Assembly (NCBI RefSeq): GCF_039654945.1
Contig: NW_027361767.1
Span: 1,550,001 to 1,614,000 of the forward strand
Source: Dendrobates tinctorius
Lineage: Eukaryota
Reading direction: 5' to 3'
Length of the DNA stretch: 64,000 nucleotides
The translations under genes were made by a program, and so were the position numbers. The stretch's first letter is position 1. Each line of letters begins with the position of its first letter. Of this stretch, positions 1 to 13,300 are shown in pieces. The notes under the pieces are model-generated. The model did no database searches. It was not told the DNA's origin and saw only the letters and a program-made list of their open reading frames with translations.

Positions 1-812
1 AGCGCTGTAGCACAAGCGATGAGATAATCGCAGCTTCTAGTCTCTCATAGAGACTATTGAAATACGTAAAAAAAAGTTTTTAAAAATATAAAAAAAATAA
101 AAGTTCAAATCACCCCCCATTCACCCCATTCAAAATAAAACAATAATAATAAAAAAAAATACACATTTTGTATCGCCATGTTCAGAATCGCCCAGTCTAT
201 CTATATAAAAATAATCAATCCGGTAAACTGTGAAATTAGAAAAAAAAAATCAAAACGGCAAAATTACTTTTTTTGGTTGCCACAACATTGCAATAAAATG
301 CAATGACGGGCGATCAAAAGATTGTATCTGCACCAAAATGGTATCAATAAAAATGTCAGCTCGGCGAACAAAAAATAAGCCCTCGCCCGGCCCCAGATCA
401 CAAAAATTGGAGACGCTACGGGTCACGGAATATGGCAAATATATATTTTTTTTGACCACTTAAAAAATAAAAAAGAACCTAGACATATTTGGTGTCTACG
501 AACTCGTAATGACCTGGAGAATCAGAATGGCAGGGCAGTTTTATAATTTAGTGAACATGGTAAAAAAGACAATTGTGGAGTTGCATTTTTTTTTTTTTTG
601 CAATTTCACCACACTGAAATTTTTTCATGTTTTCCAGTACACAACATGGTAAAATCAATGATGCTGTTCAAAAGTACAACTTCTCCCACAAAAAAACAAG
701 CCCTCACAAGGCCACATTGATGGAAAAATAAAAAAGTTATGGCTCTGGGAAGAAGGGGAGCAAAAAATAGAAACAGAAAAACGGAACATAGCCCTGGTTC
801 TTCAGGGGTTAA
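1..812. mobile_element. End of a non-autonomous TTAA-targeting DNA transposon (piggyBac/Kolobok-like)
   Basis: AT-rich sequence ending in aggggTTAA at ~805-812. Related decayed sequence at 14530-14908 ends the same way. Confidence 0.55.
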
Positions 813-819
813 AAGGCCT

Positions 820-995
820 ACAGTAGGGGAAATAAGTATTTGATCCCTTGCTGATTTTGTAAGTTTGCCCACTGACAAAGACATGAACAGTCTATAATTT
901 TAAGGGCAGGTTCATTTTAACATTGAGAGATAGAATATGAAGAATAAAATCCAGAAAATCACATTGGATAAATTATATACATTTATTTGCATTTT
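820..995 (+). mobile_element. Tc1 terminal fragment
   Basis: ta-cagtaggggaaataagtatttgatccc terminus. Confidence 0.7.
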
Positions 996-2018
996 TATTC
1001 TTGCACATTTGATCTTTGTCCTTCATTTTGCTCTTATTGGACTTTCAGGAACTTTGTTAACTCATTAGGTGCTTCACAGGAATTAATGCAATCTGGAAGG
1101 AAGAAATGAAAAAAAAAATTACATTTTTTTTTACTTAAATGTCGCTTTAGCCCCACACAGTTTTACAAAGGTAAAATGAGAAAATGGACACCACAGTTTG
1201 TTGATGCAATTTCTCCTGAGTACAACTATACCCCACATGTGCTTGAAAACTACTGGTAGGGTGCATGGCCGTGCTTGGAAAGGAAGGAACGCTGTCTGAG
1301 TCTTGGAGCATAAAACTGGCTGGAACAAAGATCCTCTGAGGTGCCAAAACCCGCACAAGTAACCCCCAATATAGAGCCTACACCCCTCAAAGAATTCATA
1401 GGTGTGATGACAATCTTCTGCTTCACAGAATGTTATAATACTGGGTCATTAAAATTAAATATTACTTTTTTTTCCCACAAAATTGTTGCTTTAGCCCCAA
1501 ATTTCACATTTTCACGAGGGTAGCAAGAGAGATTCCACAATAGACTGGTGGGTCCATTATCTCCCGAGTACAACAGTACCTCACATACGGCTGGAAACTA
1601 CTGTTTGGGTGCATGGGAGGGCTTGCACTTTTGACATTTTACTTCTGAAGTGCAATTTTTGCTGAAACATTGTGGATACCATGTCACATTTGCAGAGCCC
1701 CTGAGGCGCCAAAACAGCAGAAACCCTTACAAGTGACCACATTTTGGATCCTGCATGCCTTGAGCAATTTATCTAGATGTGTAATGAGCATTTTAAACCA
1801 ACAGATAATATACAAAATGTTATGACATTGAAATTTACACGGAAACCCTGGTGTAAGTGCCCAGCGTAGAGCGCAGTATAAATGTGCGCCAAACCTTATT
1901 GCGATGTTTGGGAGGCAGAATGAACAAATAAACAACAGTTACAAAATTGCTTCAAAATTGTTCACCTTGTAGTATAAGTGATAATACTGCTTTATTTCTC
2001 ATGCCAGTGCGTTTAGAG

Positions 2019-2203
2019 CAGTGGTTCCCCAACGCCAGTCCTAGCGGACCCCAACAGGTCATGTTTTCAGGATTTCCATAGTGTTACGCAAGTGAGAGAA
2101 TTCCTGATGCCTTGATGATACTTCCATTACCTGTGAAATACTAAGGAAATCCTGAAAACATGACATGTTGGGGTCCGCGAGGACTGGAGTTTGGGAACCT
2201 CTG
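2019..2203. mobile_element. Palindromic hAT MITE
   Basis: cagtggttcccca / tgggaacctctg termini, long inverted arms, exact 8-bp TSD gtttagag. Confidence 0.9.
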
Positions 2204-2567
2204 GTTTAGAGCCATACCAAAAGTATTAATTTTTTTATGTTTTGCTACTATCACACACTTTGCAGAAAATTTGTTTTTCATCTATTGCCATATTTTGAAA
2301 GCTATAATTTTTCCATTTTCTTCCCTGACAGAGACATGTGAGGGCTTGGTTTTAACTAGGTGACTAAGTTTTTTAGTACCATTTTGGGGTGTATAATGTT
2401 TTTGATGGCTTTCAGTTCCGATTCAGGGATTCAGAATGAATAAAACACAGCAATTCAGGAATTCTTTGGGGGTTTTTTTTTGCTTTTTTATACTGTACAC
2501 CATGTGGTAAAATTGATAAAGCAGCTTTATTCTTTGGGTCAGTAAGATTACAGCAATACTACGTTTA

Positions 2568-3183
2568 CAGTGCCTTGAAAAAGTATTCATACCCCGTGAA
2601 ATATCCACATTTTTTCTTGTTACACCCACAAACTTAAATGTATTTTATTAGAATTTTAGGTAATACCAACACAAAGTAGCAAATATTTGTGAAGTGTAAA
2701 TGAAATGATACAGTGGTTTCTAATTATTTTATAAATATAAATCTGCAAACTGAGGTGCATTTCTATTCTGCCCTGTCTAGTCTGATACCCTTAAATAAAT
2801 TCTTTAGTGACCAATTGCCTCCAGATTGAGTCCACCTGTGTGTAATTTCTCAGTAGAACTACAGCTGTTTGTGAAGGCCAGAGAGGTTTGAGAACATTAT
2901 GGATCAGGCAACATCATGAAAACCAAGGAACACACCAGACAAGTCAGGGATAAAGTAGTGGAGTAGAGTAAAATGGGGTTAGTTTATAAAAAAAAAAAAT
3001 ATCCCAAGCTGTGAATATCTCATGGAGCACTGTTCAATCCATCATCTAAAAATGGAAGGAGTATGACAACTGCAAACCTGCCAAGACATGGACGTTCACG
3101 TACAGTGACATCACACAAGGACAGCACTAATTAGAGAATCAGCCAAGAGGCCCATGGTCACTCTGGTAGAGCTGCAGAGATCA
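2568..3183 (+). mobile_element. Tc1 left-end fragment
   Basis: TA-cagtgccttgaaaaagtattcatacccc terminus, and decayed transposase start MKTKEHTRQVRDKVVE at ~2916. Confidence 0.85.
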
Positions 3184-3380
3184 TCAAATAATAAGAAAAA
3201 AATTCAAAATATCATCATTGGATGTGAGTCCTGGGAAGCGATGCCGTTCAGGGACTGGAGGTGTTCGCTTTGATTTTCTTCAAAAGATGGGAAGTATGCC
3301 TTAGTTGACACCATTTTCATCTAAAGTGGGTAAAAGCCATCCCACTGTGACAAAGTGTACCAAATCAGGAAGGTCCCTAA

Positions 3381-3693
3381 GGCTATGTGCACACGCTGCG
3401 GATTCACCAGCGGATTTTTCTTTGTGGATCCGCAGGTAAAACCGCCGCTAAAATGACCTGCGGATTGGCCAGCGGTTTTTCCCTGCAGTTTGACACCTGG
3501 ACAATGGAATAGGTGGCAAACCGCAGCGGAATCCGCAGAAAGAATTGACATGTCAATTCTTTCTGCAGACTCAAAACCGCAGCTTTTCCGAAGTAAAAAA
3601 ACCGCAGCATGTGCACAGCGGATTGTAAATCCCATAGATTTACATGGTACTGTACACTGAACTACAGCAGATCCGCAGCATGTGCACATACCC
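3381..3693. mobile_element. Harbinger-type MITE
   Basis: TIR ggctatgtgcacacgctgcgg / ccgcagcatgtgcacataccc, TSD taa. Confidence 0.85.
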
Positions 3694-3739
3694 TAAGTCT
3701 AGTAACTCACTTTATTTTGTGCTGGGTGGCCTCAAAATA

Positions 3740-4578
3740 GACGGAGGCAGAGCAGGACCTAGACGAGGGTAGAGCAGGACCTAGACGAGGGCAGAGCAGG
3801 ACCTAGACGAGGGCAGAGCAGGACCTAGACGGAGGCAGAGCAGGACCTAGACGAGGGTAGAGCAGGACCTAGACGAGGGTAGAGCAGGACCTAGACGGGG
3901 GCAGAGCAGGACCTAGACGGGGGCAGAGCAGGACCTAGACGAGGGCAGAGCAGGACCTAGACGAGGGCAGAGCAGGACCTAGACGAGGGCAGAGCAGGAC
4001 CTAAACGAGGGCAGAGCAGGACCTAGACGAGGGCAGAGCAGGACCTAGCCGAGGGCAGAGCAGGACCTAGCCGAGGGCAGAGCAGGACCTAGACGAGGGC
4101 AGAGCAGGACCTAGACGGAGGCAGAGCAGGACCTAGACGGGGGCAGAGCAGGACCAAGAGGAGGGCAGAGCAGGACCTAGACGAGGGCAGAGCAGGACCT
4201 AGACGAGGGCAGAGCAGGACCTAGATGGGGGCAGAGCAGGACCTAGACGGGGCAGAGCAGGACCTAGACGGGGGCAGAGCAGGACCTAGACGAGGGCAGA
4301 GCAGGACCTAGACGAGGCAGAGCAGGACCTAGACGAGGGTAGAGCAGGACCTAGACGAGGGTAGAGCAGGACCTAGACGAGGGTAGAGCAGGACCTAGAC
4401 GGAGGCAGAGCAGGACCTAGACGAGGGTAGAGCAGGACCTAGACGAGGGTAGAGCAGGACCTAGACGGGGGCAGAGCAGGACCTAGACGGGGGCAGATCA
4501 GGACCTAGACGAGGGTAGAGCAGGTCCTAGACGAGGGCAGAGCAGGACCTAGACGAGGGCAGAGCAGGACCTAGACGG
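3740..4578. repeat. 22-23 bp minisatellite
   Basis: (gagggcagagcaggacctagac)n, about 38 copies. Confidence 0.97.
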
Positions 4579-5149
4579 AATGCAAAGAAGGAGGGAGAAC
4601 AGCCAAAGACGGAATCCCAGCGGCTGAAGGCCATTGTGGGGCTCTGGCGTTACCTGTCCTGCGCTAATGCGCCTCTTTAGGGGCCAATCTCCGCTTAGTG
4701 TGGAATTTACATGTGAACAATCCCTTGAAGCCATGGAGCCACATTATAAACCCTGTGCCAGTCTCTCCACCAGGTGTCCGGTGTAATCACAGCGATGTCT
4801 ATGGGGGCGACCAGTGCAATGGTAAAAGGTCCGATAATCGGGGGCTTCTGGGGTCCGAACGTGGCGGATAGTCCGGATTTTCCAGAATAAGTATCTCTGG
4901 ATGATAACCTAGCCCCGGGGGGTGACACTGACCCCTCAGTCACAGCTAGGACCGCAGTCTCACTAATGGCCACCCTGATGTGATGTATTATCATTTTAAT
5001 GACTATTTCCCTCCAGGGCTGGTCTGTCCCTGGATATAAATCCCTGTATAACAAGGTGCCATGATTTCAGCCTTCTGCTTGCTGGCACCTGTCCTTCTAC
5101 AACAAGAACAAGGCGCAAAATATACAAAAAAAAATCTCCATGGAGAGTA

Positions 5150-5290
5150 AAGCGCGCCCGAAGGAAGTTTGATCCTCTTCGCTCTCCGTCGGACTTGCGG
5201 TTTTGATTGATTAGAGGGCGTCACGTGACGAGTCGGCTGGAGCAAGATGGCGGCGCCCAGGTGAACATGCCGTCGTGCGTGTTAGTGAGG
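5150..5290 (+). promoter_or_regulatory. Probable trmt1 CpG-island promoter and first exon
   Basis: CpG-rich. Palindromic E-box GTCACGTGAC at 5220-5229, YY1 motif CAAGATGGCGGC at 5243-5254, candidate donors at 5261 and 5290. Next acceptor at 7295. Confidence 0.65.
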
Positions 5291-6236
5291 TGATTGTATG
5301 AGGGGACCAGGTTGGGGGACGCTCGGCGGAGGTGACAGACGGAGTGTGCCCAGTCTGGAGAGAGGAGACGTGACCGGAGATGTCCGTGTGCGCACAGCGC
5401 GCGGGTTTACAGTTGGTGCAAACCGACAACTCCTACCGTGGCCTGACGACCGTCAGCGTGATGAGAGTTGTAGTTTAGAAACAGCTCTACAGCCACAGTG
5501 TGTATCCCCTGCTCTGTACAGTATATGGATGACTGTCAGCATAATGTCAGGGACGCTGTGCGCTGCTCTGTTCATTGCCTGAAGGAGACCACGTGACTGA
5601 TCCATCCCCGGCCACAGACCAACTAGACGTGCACGGCTTACTCAGTGCAAGTGTATTGTGTGAGGCCAGAACCAGTCTAGTCGGATTGTGGCCGGGGGGG
5701 GGGGGGTTTGCTATGCATGTCGCGTACTTGCAGTCAGATGATCTGTGACACCGAGGACTCCTCCCAGGACACACAGTGCGCATGATGTGTCCACAAGTCT
5801 GCAGTCACACACAGTCACTACCCACTTGTACCTTTAGACTGGACGACCCCTTTAAGTACTGGAGCAGATATTGATTCGGTACTGATGACCGATCCTACGT
5901 CAGCCTCGGGCCGCCCTCTTAAGGGAATGTTCGTATAGGGCAGATATCCACAACGTCTTTCAGCACCAGCAGAGTGGAGAGAAAATGTGCAGCGTGGAAG
6001 TTTTCCAGTGGGTCAGACTTCATATCAGAGGTGGATTAATTTATGCCCCAGATTTTAATCCTTTGGACTGCAGTTTAGAACTAAAAGAAATTCTCTTCAT
6101 CCCCTCCCTTCTTATGGTTGAATGTGATTTCTTTTCTTACTCTTAAAGCTCTGGCCGGCAACTCTTCTGCTTCCTGTGACGTGATGATGACAGGGCAGCT
6201 CCTTCTCTTCTCACTGTGGACATTGTGTTTATTCAC

Positions 6237-6418
6237 ATGATTGAATCATAGGATGGTAGAGTTGGAAGGGACCTCCTGGGTCATCTGGTCCAACCCCCTG
6301 CTTAAAGCAGGATTCACTAAATCATCCCAGACAGATGTCTGTCCAGCCTCTGTGTGAAGACTTCCATTGAAGGAGAACTCACCACCGCTCGTGGCAGACT
6401 GTTACACTCATTGATCAT
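6237..6418 (-). mobile_element. CR1 LINE extreme 3' fragment
   Basis: Reverse complement of ~59500-59670 (atggtagagttggaagggacctcctgg..). Confidence 0.88.
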
Positions 6419-7304
6419 CCTCTACACTGTGACAGCCCTTGATGTTGGTAGTGACGCTCTGTTGACAGAAGTGGAAGAGAAGGAGCTGCTCTGTCAATGT
6501 GACGTCACAGCAGGCAGGAGAATGGCCGTCAGGAGCGGGCTGTGTCTGCCTGAGCCTGGAGAGATTGTGGCATAGCAGAAGAGACAGGTGATTCCCAACT
6601 ACCTGCCTATAAGTGCTTTGCCCCATATTAAAAAAAATAATTACATCATGGATAACCCCTTTAAGTTCCCATAAGTGTTTGGTGAGTTTTTGACAGTGCA
6701 GGTTTTCTGCACTAGTTACCTAACTTGGGCAACCTGTTTTCTTGTTTTTGTGCATTTTTATCTCGTTTTTTTAACTGTCCTTTTTTTTGTTAAACTGCTT
6801 TGTTTTGGAAACTTCCTGTTAGCGTTGATAAAACGTTACTGATAACATGGTGCAATTATCTGGTGATTTTCCTCATTTTATTCAAGTCTTTGTGGAGGAT
6901 CCACAATTAAAACGGATATTTACAGGAAGAGAAAGTGACATGTTGCAAAGAAAAAAAAGCCCTCAGTGTGCACATAGCCTTAGGATAAAAAATCAGTACC
7001 AGACCAGGGCATCATTTATAGAGGTCGGATCTCCGTTTGTCTGTGTGTATAATGGATCCATCACAAAAGGTTCTCCAGGTTTAGTAAGAGGATGTTTGTT
7101 TTTTACATTCAAGAAAAGGCACCACTCTGGTCCACGACTGTCTCATATTCCAGTGACTGAGCTGCAATGCCAGATGCAACCACGGGCACGAGTGGTCCTG
7201 TCCTATTAGTAGAAACCTACATGGAGAATCTCTAGGAACAAGACAGCCCCTAGATCTATAACCAGTGCTACTACTGAAACATTTTTCCCCTTCAGTTCCG
7301 TCTG

Positions 7305-10300
7305 ATGTTCTCCATCGCTCATAGGCTCCATTCTCTTCCACTGAGGGCTTCAGTCTTTACTTCCAAAAGTCTGAGAAGGATTTCCTGCGCGTTCATGATG
7401 GAGGGGGCTGCACCCTCCCAAGAAGAGACTGTTATCACAGAGGGGAAAGCCAATGTCATCTATCCCAGCGCCAACCAAGTGTTTTATAACCCAGTGCAGG
7501 AGTTCAACCGAGACCTGACGTAAGTGGAATCATGCCCTTGAGGGGTTTCACTAATGGGCCGAGATGCATCATAAAGGCAGGGTGATAGTCTGTATATCTT
7601 CATCTGTGGATGTGGCACCACCAATATATTCTTCTGTTTTATCCTCAGTTGTGCTGTCCTCACAGAGTTTGCTCGTATGCAGCTGGCAGAGAAAGGCATC
7701 GACCGTGAGTATGAGGTTTCTGTAATGCCCCTACACAAGAAGGATTTACTGCAAGGGCGGACTGGGACAGGCCCTTGGACAGGACCTGTGTCTGAGCACA
7801 CGCTACATATATATGCATAGTCACCACTCACCGTAGTCACACATACATAAGATACACACACATGCGTTGTTAGGATATTTCCATGTTATTTACAGATATG
7901 TGATATTCCATTTAAAAAAAAGTATAAAAAGAATATGATTATTGTGATTTCTTCATTTTTTGTTTGGAAAAAAAAGTTACTTTATTTGTATCCCTAAAAT
8001 AAAATAATGTAGAAGTGTACAGATATATAGATATTTATCTCTATGTACCAGTACATTATGCCTGTAAAGAAGAAGAATGCTGTGTAGATCTTTGAGGATT
8101 GACTCTGCCTAATCTGTGCCTCATTCCTGGGCTGTCTACCCACCAAGTTAGAGGTTGTGATTTTGAATTCTGAGATTACTCTTCAATAAATTAAATGCTT
8201 AACCACAAAGGCATCTACTGAGCACCGACAGTTCCCAGGGGTCATTCCCCCAATGCGGGAGAAAACAAAATGACCTGTTGTAGTGTCCTGACTGAGATAC
8301 ATGCAGTGCGCCCGACCCCCTTCTTCCACATGGGCCCCTGCACATTTTGGGTTAGAGTCCCTGTCTCTTTATCCTGACGTGTCTGTATTTTCTTTTCTAT
8401 TGCAGTGGTGGTGCCAGGGGAGAAGGAGCAGCAGAAAGTGGTGGTGGATCTGTCAGACAATGGAGAGGACTGTGAGATATCTGCCCCTGACAATAATCCT
8501 GCTCCTACAGAGAGACGCCGTGTGACTGTAGGAGAGTCCTGTCCAGTAAGTGCTGAGTAATATGTCAGGAGGGCATCTCCAAGATCCGTGCCAAATATCT
8601 GATTAGCAGTTGGCACAGGATTTTGGCTAAATGGTTTTTCTGCAACTTGTTTTCTTTTAATTAAAAACCGACCCACGGGGGGTAAAGGATCGTGCAGACG
8701 TCTGTGGATTTCAGTCCGATCTCAGACCACAATGCACTGAGTGGCCACTGGCCTCTCAACCCGAACGTGACAGTCTCACAGAAACGTATGAAGCTTCAAC
8801 GCTGAGGTTGGGAGAGCCGCCGGCCCGTCCGAGCATAGGCAGTCAATGCTCGGACCGAGGCACAGACGTCTGCTTCAACCTCAAGAAAGCACAAATAAGT
8901 GGGTGCACAAATAAGTGGGTACACACCTACCGAGCTGCTGCCATTCTGCCACCTGCAGCTCCTACAGGGGGCGTCATGTAGCTTTCCAAATGCCTGAATA
9001 CCAAAACATCCTAGAATAGGAGGCAGCACCTCCAGGACGATACCCCAGGGTGCCATCACTTATGATTGCACTCCTCTTGTTTTTTCTATGTGTTTAGTTC
9101 CTCTCACCCTAATCTCTGGACTTTATCTCCCACCGTCTCTCTGTCAGGAGGGGCTGCGGGTCCTGGAGGGTCTGGCTGCATCTGGGCTCCGTTCCATCCG
9201 TTTTGCCCTGGAGGTGCCCGGACTGCAGAGCATTGTGGCCAACGACTTCTCTGCCAGTGCGGTGAAGCTGATCAAGAGAAACATCCAGTTCAATGGCGTA
9301 GAGCAGCTTGTGACTGCCAGCTATAGTGATGCCAGGTAAGCGTACGGGGTTAATGAAGGGGACTCCAAACCTGAAACTTAAAATCAATAGTTTCCATACG
9401 TTCGAATAGACGACAACCGGTGGACAGAGGTGGCACGGAAGAAAGCAGCTAAAATTAGACAGGGATTCACTGATTTAATGTTGGTTGCAATTGGGAGAAA
9501 ATATATACCTGCCCCAATCCGGCCTTCCTTGCACATGGGAAGATACCCATTTACACTGTTGCCTCATTGCTGTCCCATGTTGGTGCCGAGGAGGCAGATT
9601 TTGGACCACTTTCTGGAAGTGTTGCCATTGGAGTGCCAGGTAAAGTATTACTTTCCCGCTATCGCAGCCATTGCTATGGGACGCTGCAGTGATATTTGGG
9701 ACTCTGCATATACCAATTCCTGTAAGAAACTATGTTCTGACATTGCGGGTGGAGCTGGGCACATATATAATAACATGATTAGCATTCACAGGAATGCGGC
9801 TGTGTCACTGACTCGCCTCGTCTGGAATTAGGTATAATTGCTATTTATTCCTTGTGCACTTGGAAACAATGGACACTACGTTCCTGCCATCCTAAAACCA
9901 CTTTAAGGTGTGTGTATTCCTGCAGCCACCAATAGGGGGGGTGAGGGAGCTTAATGCACATGTCCAGGCCTCACTTCCCTCTGGTGGTGACTGTGTGTAT
10001 ATGTCTAGGCCTCACTGCTCCCTCTGGTGGTGCCTGCGTGTATATGTCCAGGCCTCACTGCTCCCTCTGGTGGTGCCTGCGTGTATATGTCCAGGCCTCA
10101 CTGCTCCCTCTGGTGGTGACTGCGTGTATATGTCCAGGCCTCACTGCTCCCTCTGGTGGTGCCTGCGTGTATATGTCCAGGCCTCACTGCTCCCTCTGGT
10201 GGTGACTGTGTTATTTTTTCTTTAGGATGCTGATGTATAACCGGATGGGAAAACACGATCGCTTCGATGTTATCGATCTCGATCCTTATGGCAGCCCCGC

Positions 10301-13300
10301 CATGTTCCTGGATGCAGCGGTGCAGAGTGTCGGTGAAGGAGGTAGATTACGACGTTTTCTTTAGGAACCCAGCATTTGCGCTGAGGAGTTCCACCATGAA
10401 GGCATCGGTACTGATAGCGATACCATATTCTCACCCCCCCCGTTATGTATTGTGTCTCCTCCGCAGGGCTGCTCTGTGTTACTTGTACTGACATGGCCGT
10501 GCTCGCAGGTAACAGCGGGGAGACATGCTACAGCAAATATGGCTCCATGTCCCTGAAGTCCAGATTCTGCCATGAAATGGTGAGAGACGGCAATAGGCAT
10601 GAGATTTTGGGATCGTCGACTATACATTTACCGACACTCCTGGACCAGTTCATCCACTTCAAATTTATGCTAAGAACCTAAAACTCTGCCCTTCACCTCG
10701 CCAAACAGACCTACTTACTTCACCACCCTGATCTCCTCACTAGCCAACAACCCCAAGAAACTTTTTGACACCTTTCACTTCCTCCTCAGGCCAAAAGCAC
10801 AAGCTCCTATCTCAGACATTTGGGCAGATGACCTGGCCTCCCATTTTATAGAGAAAATAGATTATATCCGTCAGGAAATCCGCTCCCAACCACCAAGTGC
10901 TGTGACGCCCATCCCTTCCTGCATCTTCCCTGGCTCACTCTCCACATTTGATCCCATCACAGAAGAAGAAGTCTCCAGACTCCTCTCTTCTTCTCGCCCA
11001 ACTACATGCACTACCGACCCCATTCCCTCACATCTCCTCCAGTCTCTCTCCAGTCATCACAACTCACCTAACTACAATCTTTAATCTCTCCCTCTCCTCG
11101 GGCATTTTCCCATCCACCTTCAAACACTCTATCATTACTCCATTATTAAAGGAACCCGCTCTCGACCCATCCTGCACAAACAACTACAGACCAGTCTCCA
11201 ATCTCCCCTTCATCTCTAAACTCTTGGAACGCCTAGTCTACTGCCGCCTTACCCGTTACCTCTCCACTCACTCCCTTCTAGACCCTTCACAGTCCAGCTT
11301 CCGCCCCCCTACATTCGACTGAAACTGCACTCATCAAAGTGACCAATGACCTTCTGACAGCAAAACATAGCGGTGACCACTCTCTGCTCATTCATCTTGA
11401 CCTATCTGCAGCTTTCGACACTGTTGACCACCACCTCCTACTCTAGGCTCCAGTCACTAGGCATTAATGACACTGCTCTCTCCTGGTTCTCTTCCTATCT
11501 CTCTGACCGTACCTTCAGTGTTTTGTTCTCTGGCTCCACTTCATCTCCTCTTCCTCTCACTGTCGGGGTACCTCAGGGCTCAGTCCTTGGCCCCCTTCTC
11601 TTCTCTCTCTACACGGCCCCAATTGGACAGACCATCAGCAAATTTGGCTTTCAGCACCATCTTTATGCTGATGATACACAACTATATACATCATCCCCCC
11701 CGACCTTACCCCCGCTGTACTACAGAATGCCAGTGACTGTCTGTCCGCAGTCTCCAACGTCATGTCTGCTCTCTATCTGAAACTCAACCTCTCCAAAACT
11801 GAACTTCTTCTGCTCCCGCCATCTACTAACCTCCCTAAATCTGACATTTCCCTCTCCGTGGGTGGCACCACAATAACACCCCGGCAGCAGGCGTGCTGTC
11901 TGGGTGTTATGTTTGACACCAACCTCTCCTTCACATCCCATATACAATGTCTTGCACGCTCTTGCCGCCTACACCTAAAGAACATCTCCAGAATTCGCCC
12001 TTTTCTCACCATGGAAACAACAAAAACCCTCACTGTAGCATTGATCCACTCCCGCCTGGATTACTGCAACGCTGTATTAATTGGCCTCCCCGCTACTCGA
12101 CTTCCCCTCTCCAGTCCATACTTAATGCAGCAGCCAGGGTCATCTACCTGGCTAATCGGTACTCGGACGCGTCCGCTCTTCGCCAGTCCTTACATTGGCT
12201 GCCCATTCATTATAGGGTCCAATTCAAAGTACTAGTTCTCACCCACAAAGCTCTCCACAGTGCAGCACCCCCCTACATCTCCTCCCTCATTTCTGTCTAT
12301 CGGCCTATCCGACCACTGCGCTTTGCAAACGACTTTCGACTAACCTCTGCACTAATCCGTACCTCCCACTCCCGACTCCAAGACGTCTCTTGCGCTGTGC
12401 CAATCATCTGGAATGCTCTACCCCAAGAAATTAGGACTACCCACACTTTGCACAGTTTTAGATGCTCTCTCAAAACACATCTATTCAGAGCAGCCTATCA
12501 TGTTCACTAATCAAAGTCATTCTATGTGCAAGTGTGAGTATGTAGCCCATTCACTATCTCTGTCCCCCACCTTCTCAAGATGGCTGGACCATCATTGTAA
12601 ATACACCATTGTAAATACACACCTGTACTCTGTATCTCCCCCACCTCATTGTAGAGTGTAAGCTCTCACGAGCAGGGGCGGCTTATTTTACTTTAATTAT
12701 TGTATTGTTAACGTTGTTACTTATGACTTGTGTTTTGAAACTGTCAGGCTATGTGCCCACGTAGCGATTTAATCCGGACACTAAAAACCGGACTCCTTCC
12801 CAGAAATCGCGCGTTTTTTTTCCGCGCGATTTCACCACGATTATGTTCGCAATTTTCGCGTGTGATATTCAAGCACTTTCCAAGCGATTTGAAGCATCGC
12901 TTGGAAAATGATTGACAGGTTGGTCACACTCGTCAAACATAGTGTTTGACAAGTGTGACCAGCTTTTTACTATTGAGGCCGCCTATGCGGCCTCAATAGT
13001 AAGAGATAGAATGTTAAAAATGATAAAAATAAATAAATCGGGGTATATTTACCTTCCGACGTCCCGCACAGTCTCAGCGGCGCTCCCGTTCCCAGCGATG
13101 CCTTGCGAGACCTGTAATGACGTTGGTCTCGCGTTGCTATAGCGATCTCACGAGACTACGTCATCACAGATCCTTGCCGCAAGGCATTACTGGGAACGCT
13201 GAGGCCAGGAAGGCAGCGCGTGACGCCGGAAGGTAAATATACCCCGATTTTTTTTTTACAGGGGTATGGTGCCCAGGGCCTGGAGGACAGTCTCCTCCTC

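Noticed and set aside
6170-6240. Possible C/D snoRNA (GTGATGA) in trmt1 intron 1
   Set aside because: No convincing D box with terminal stem or guide sequence seen.
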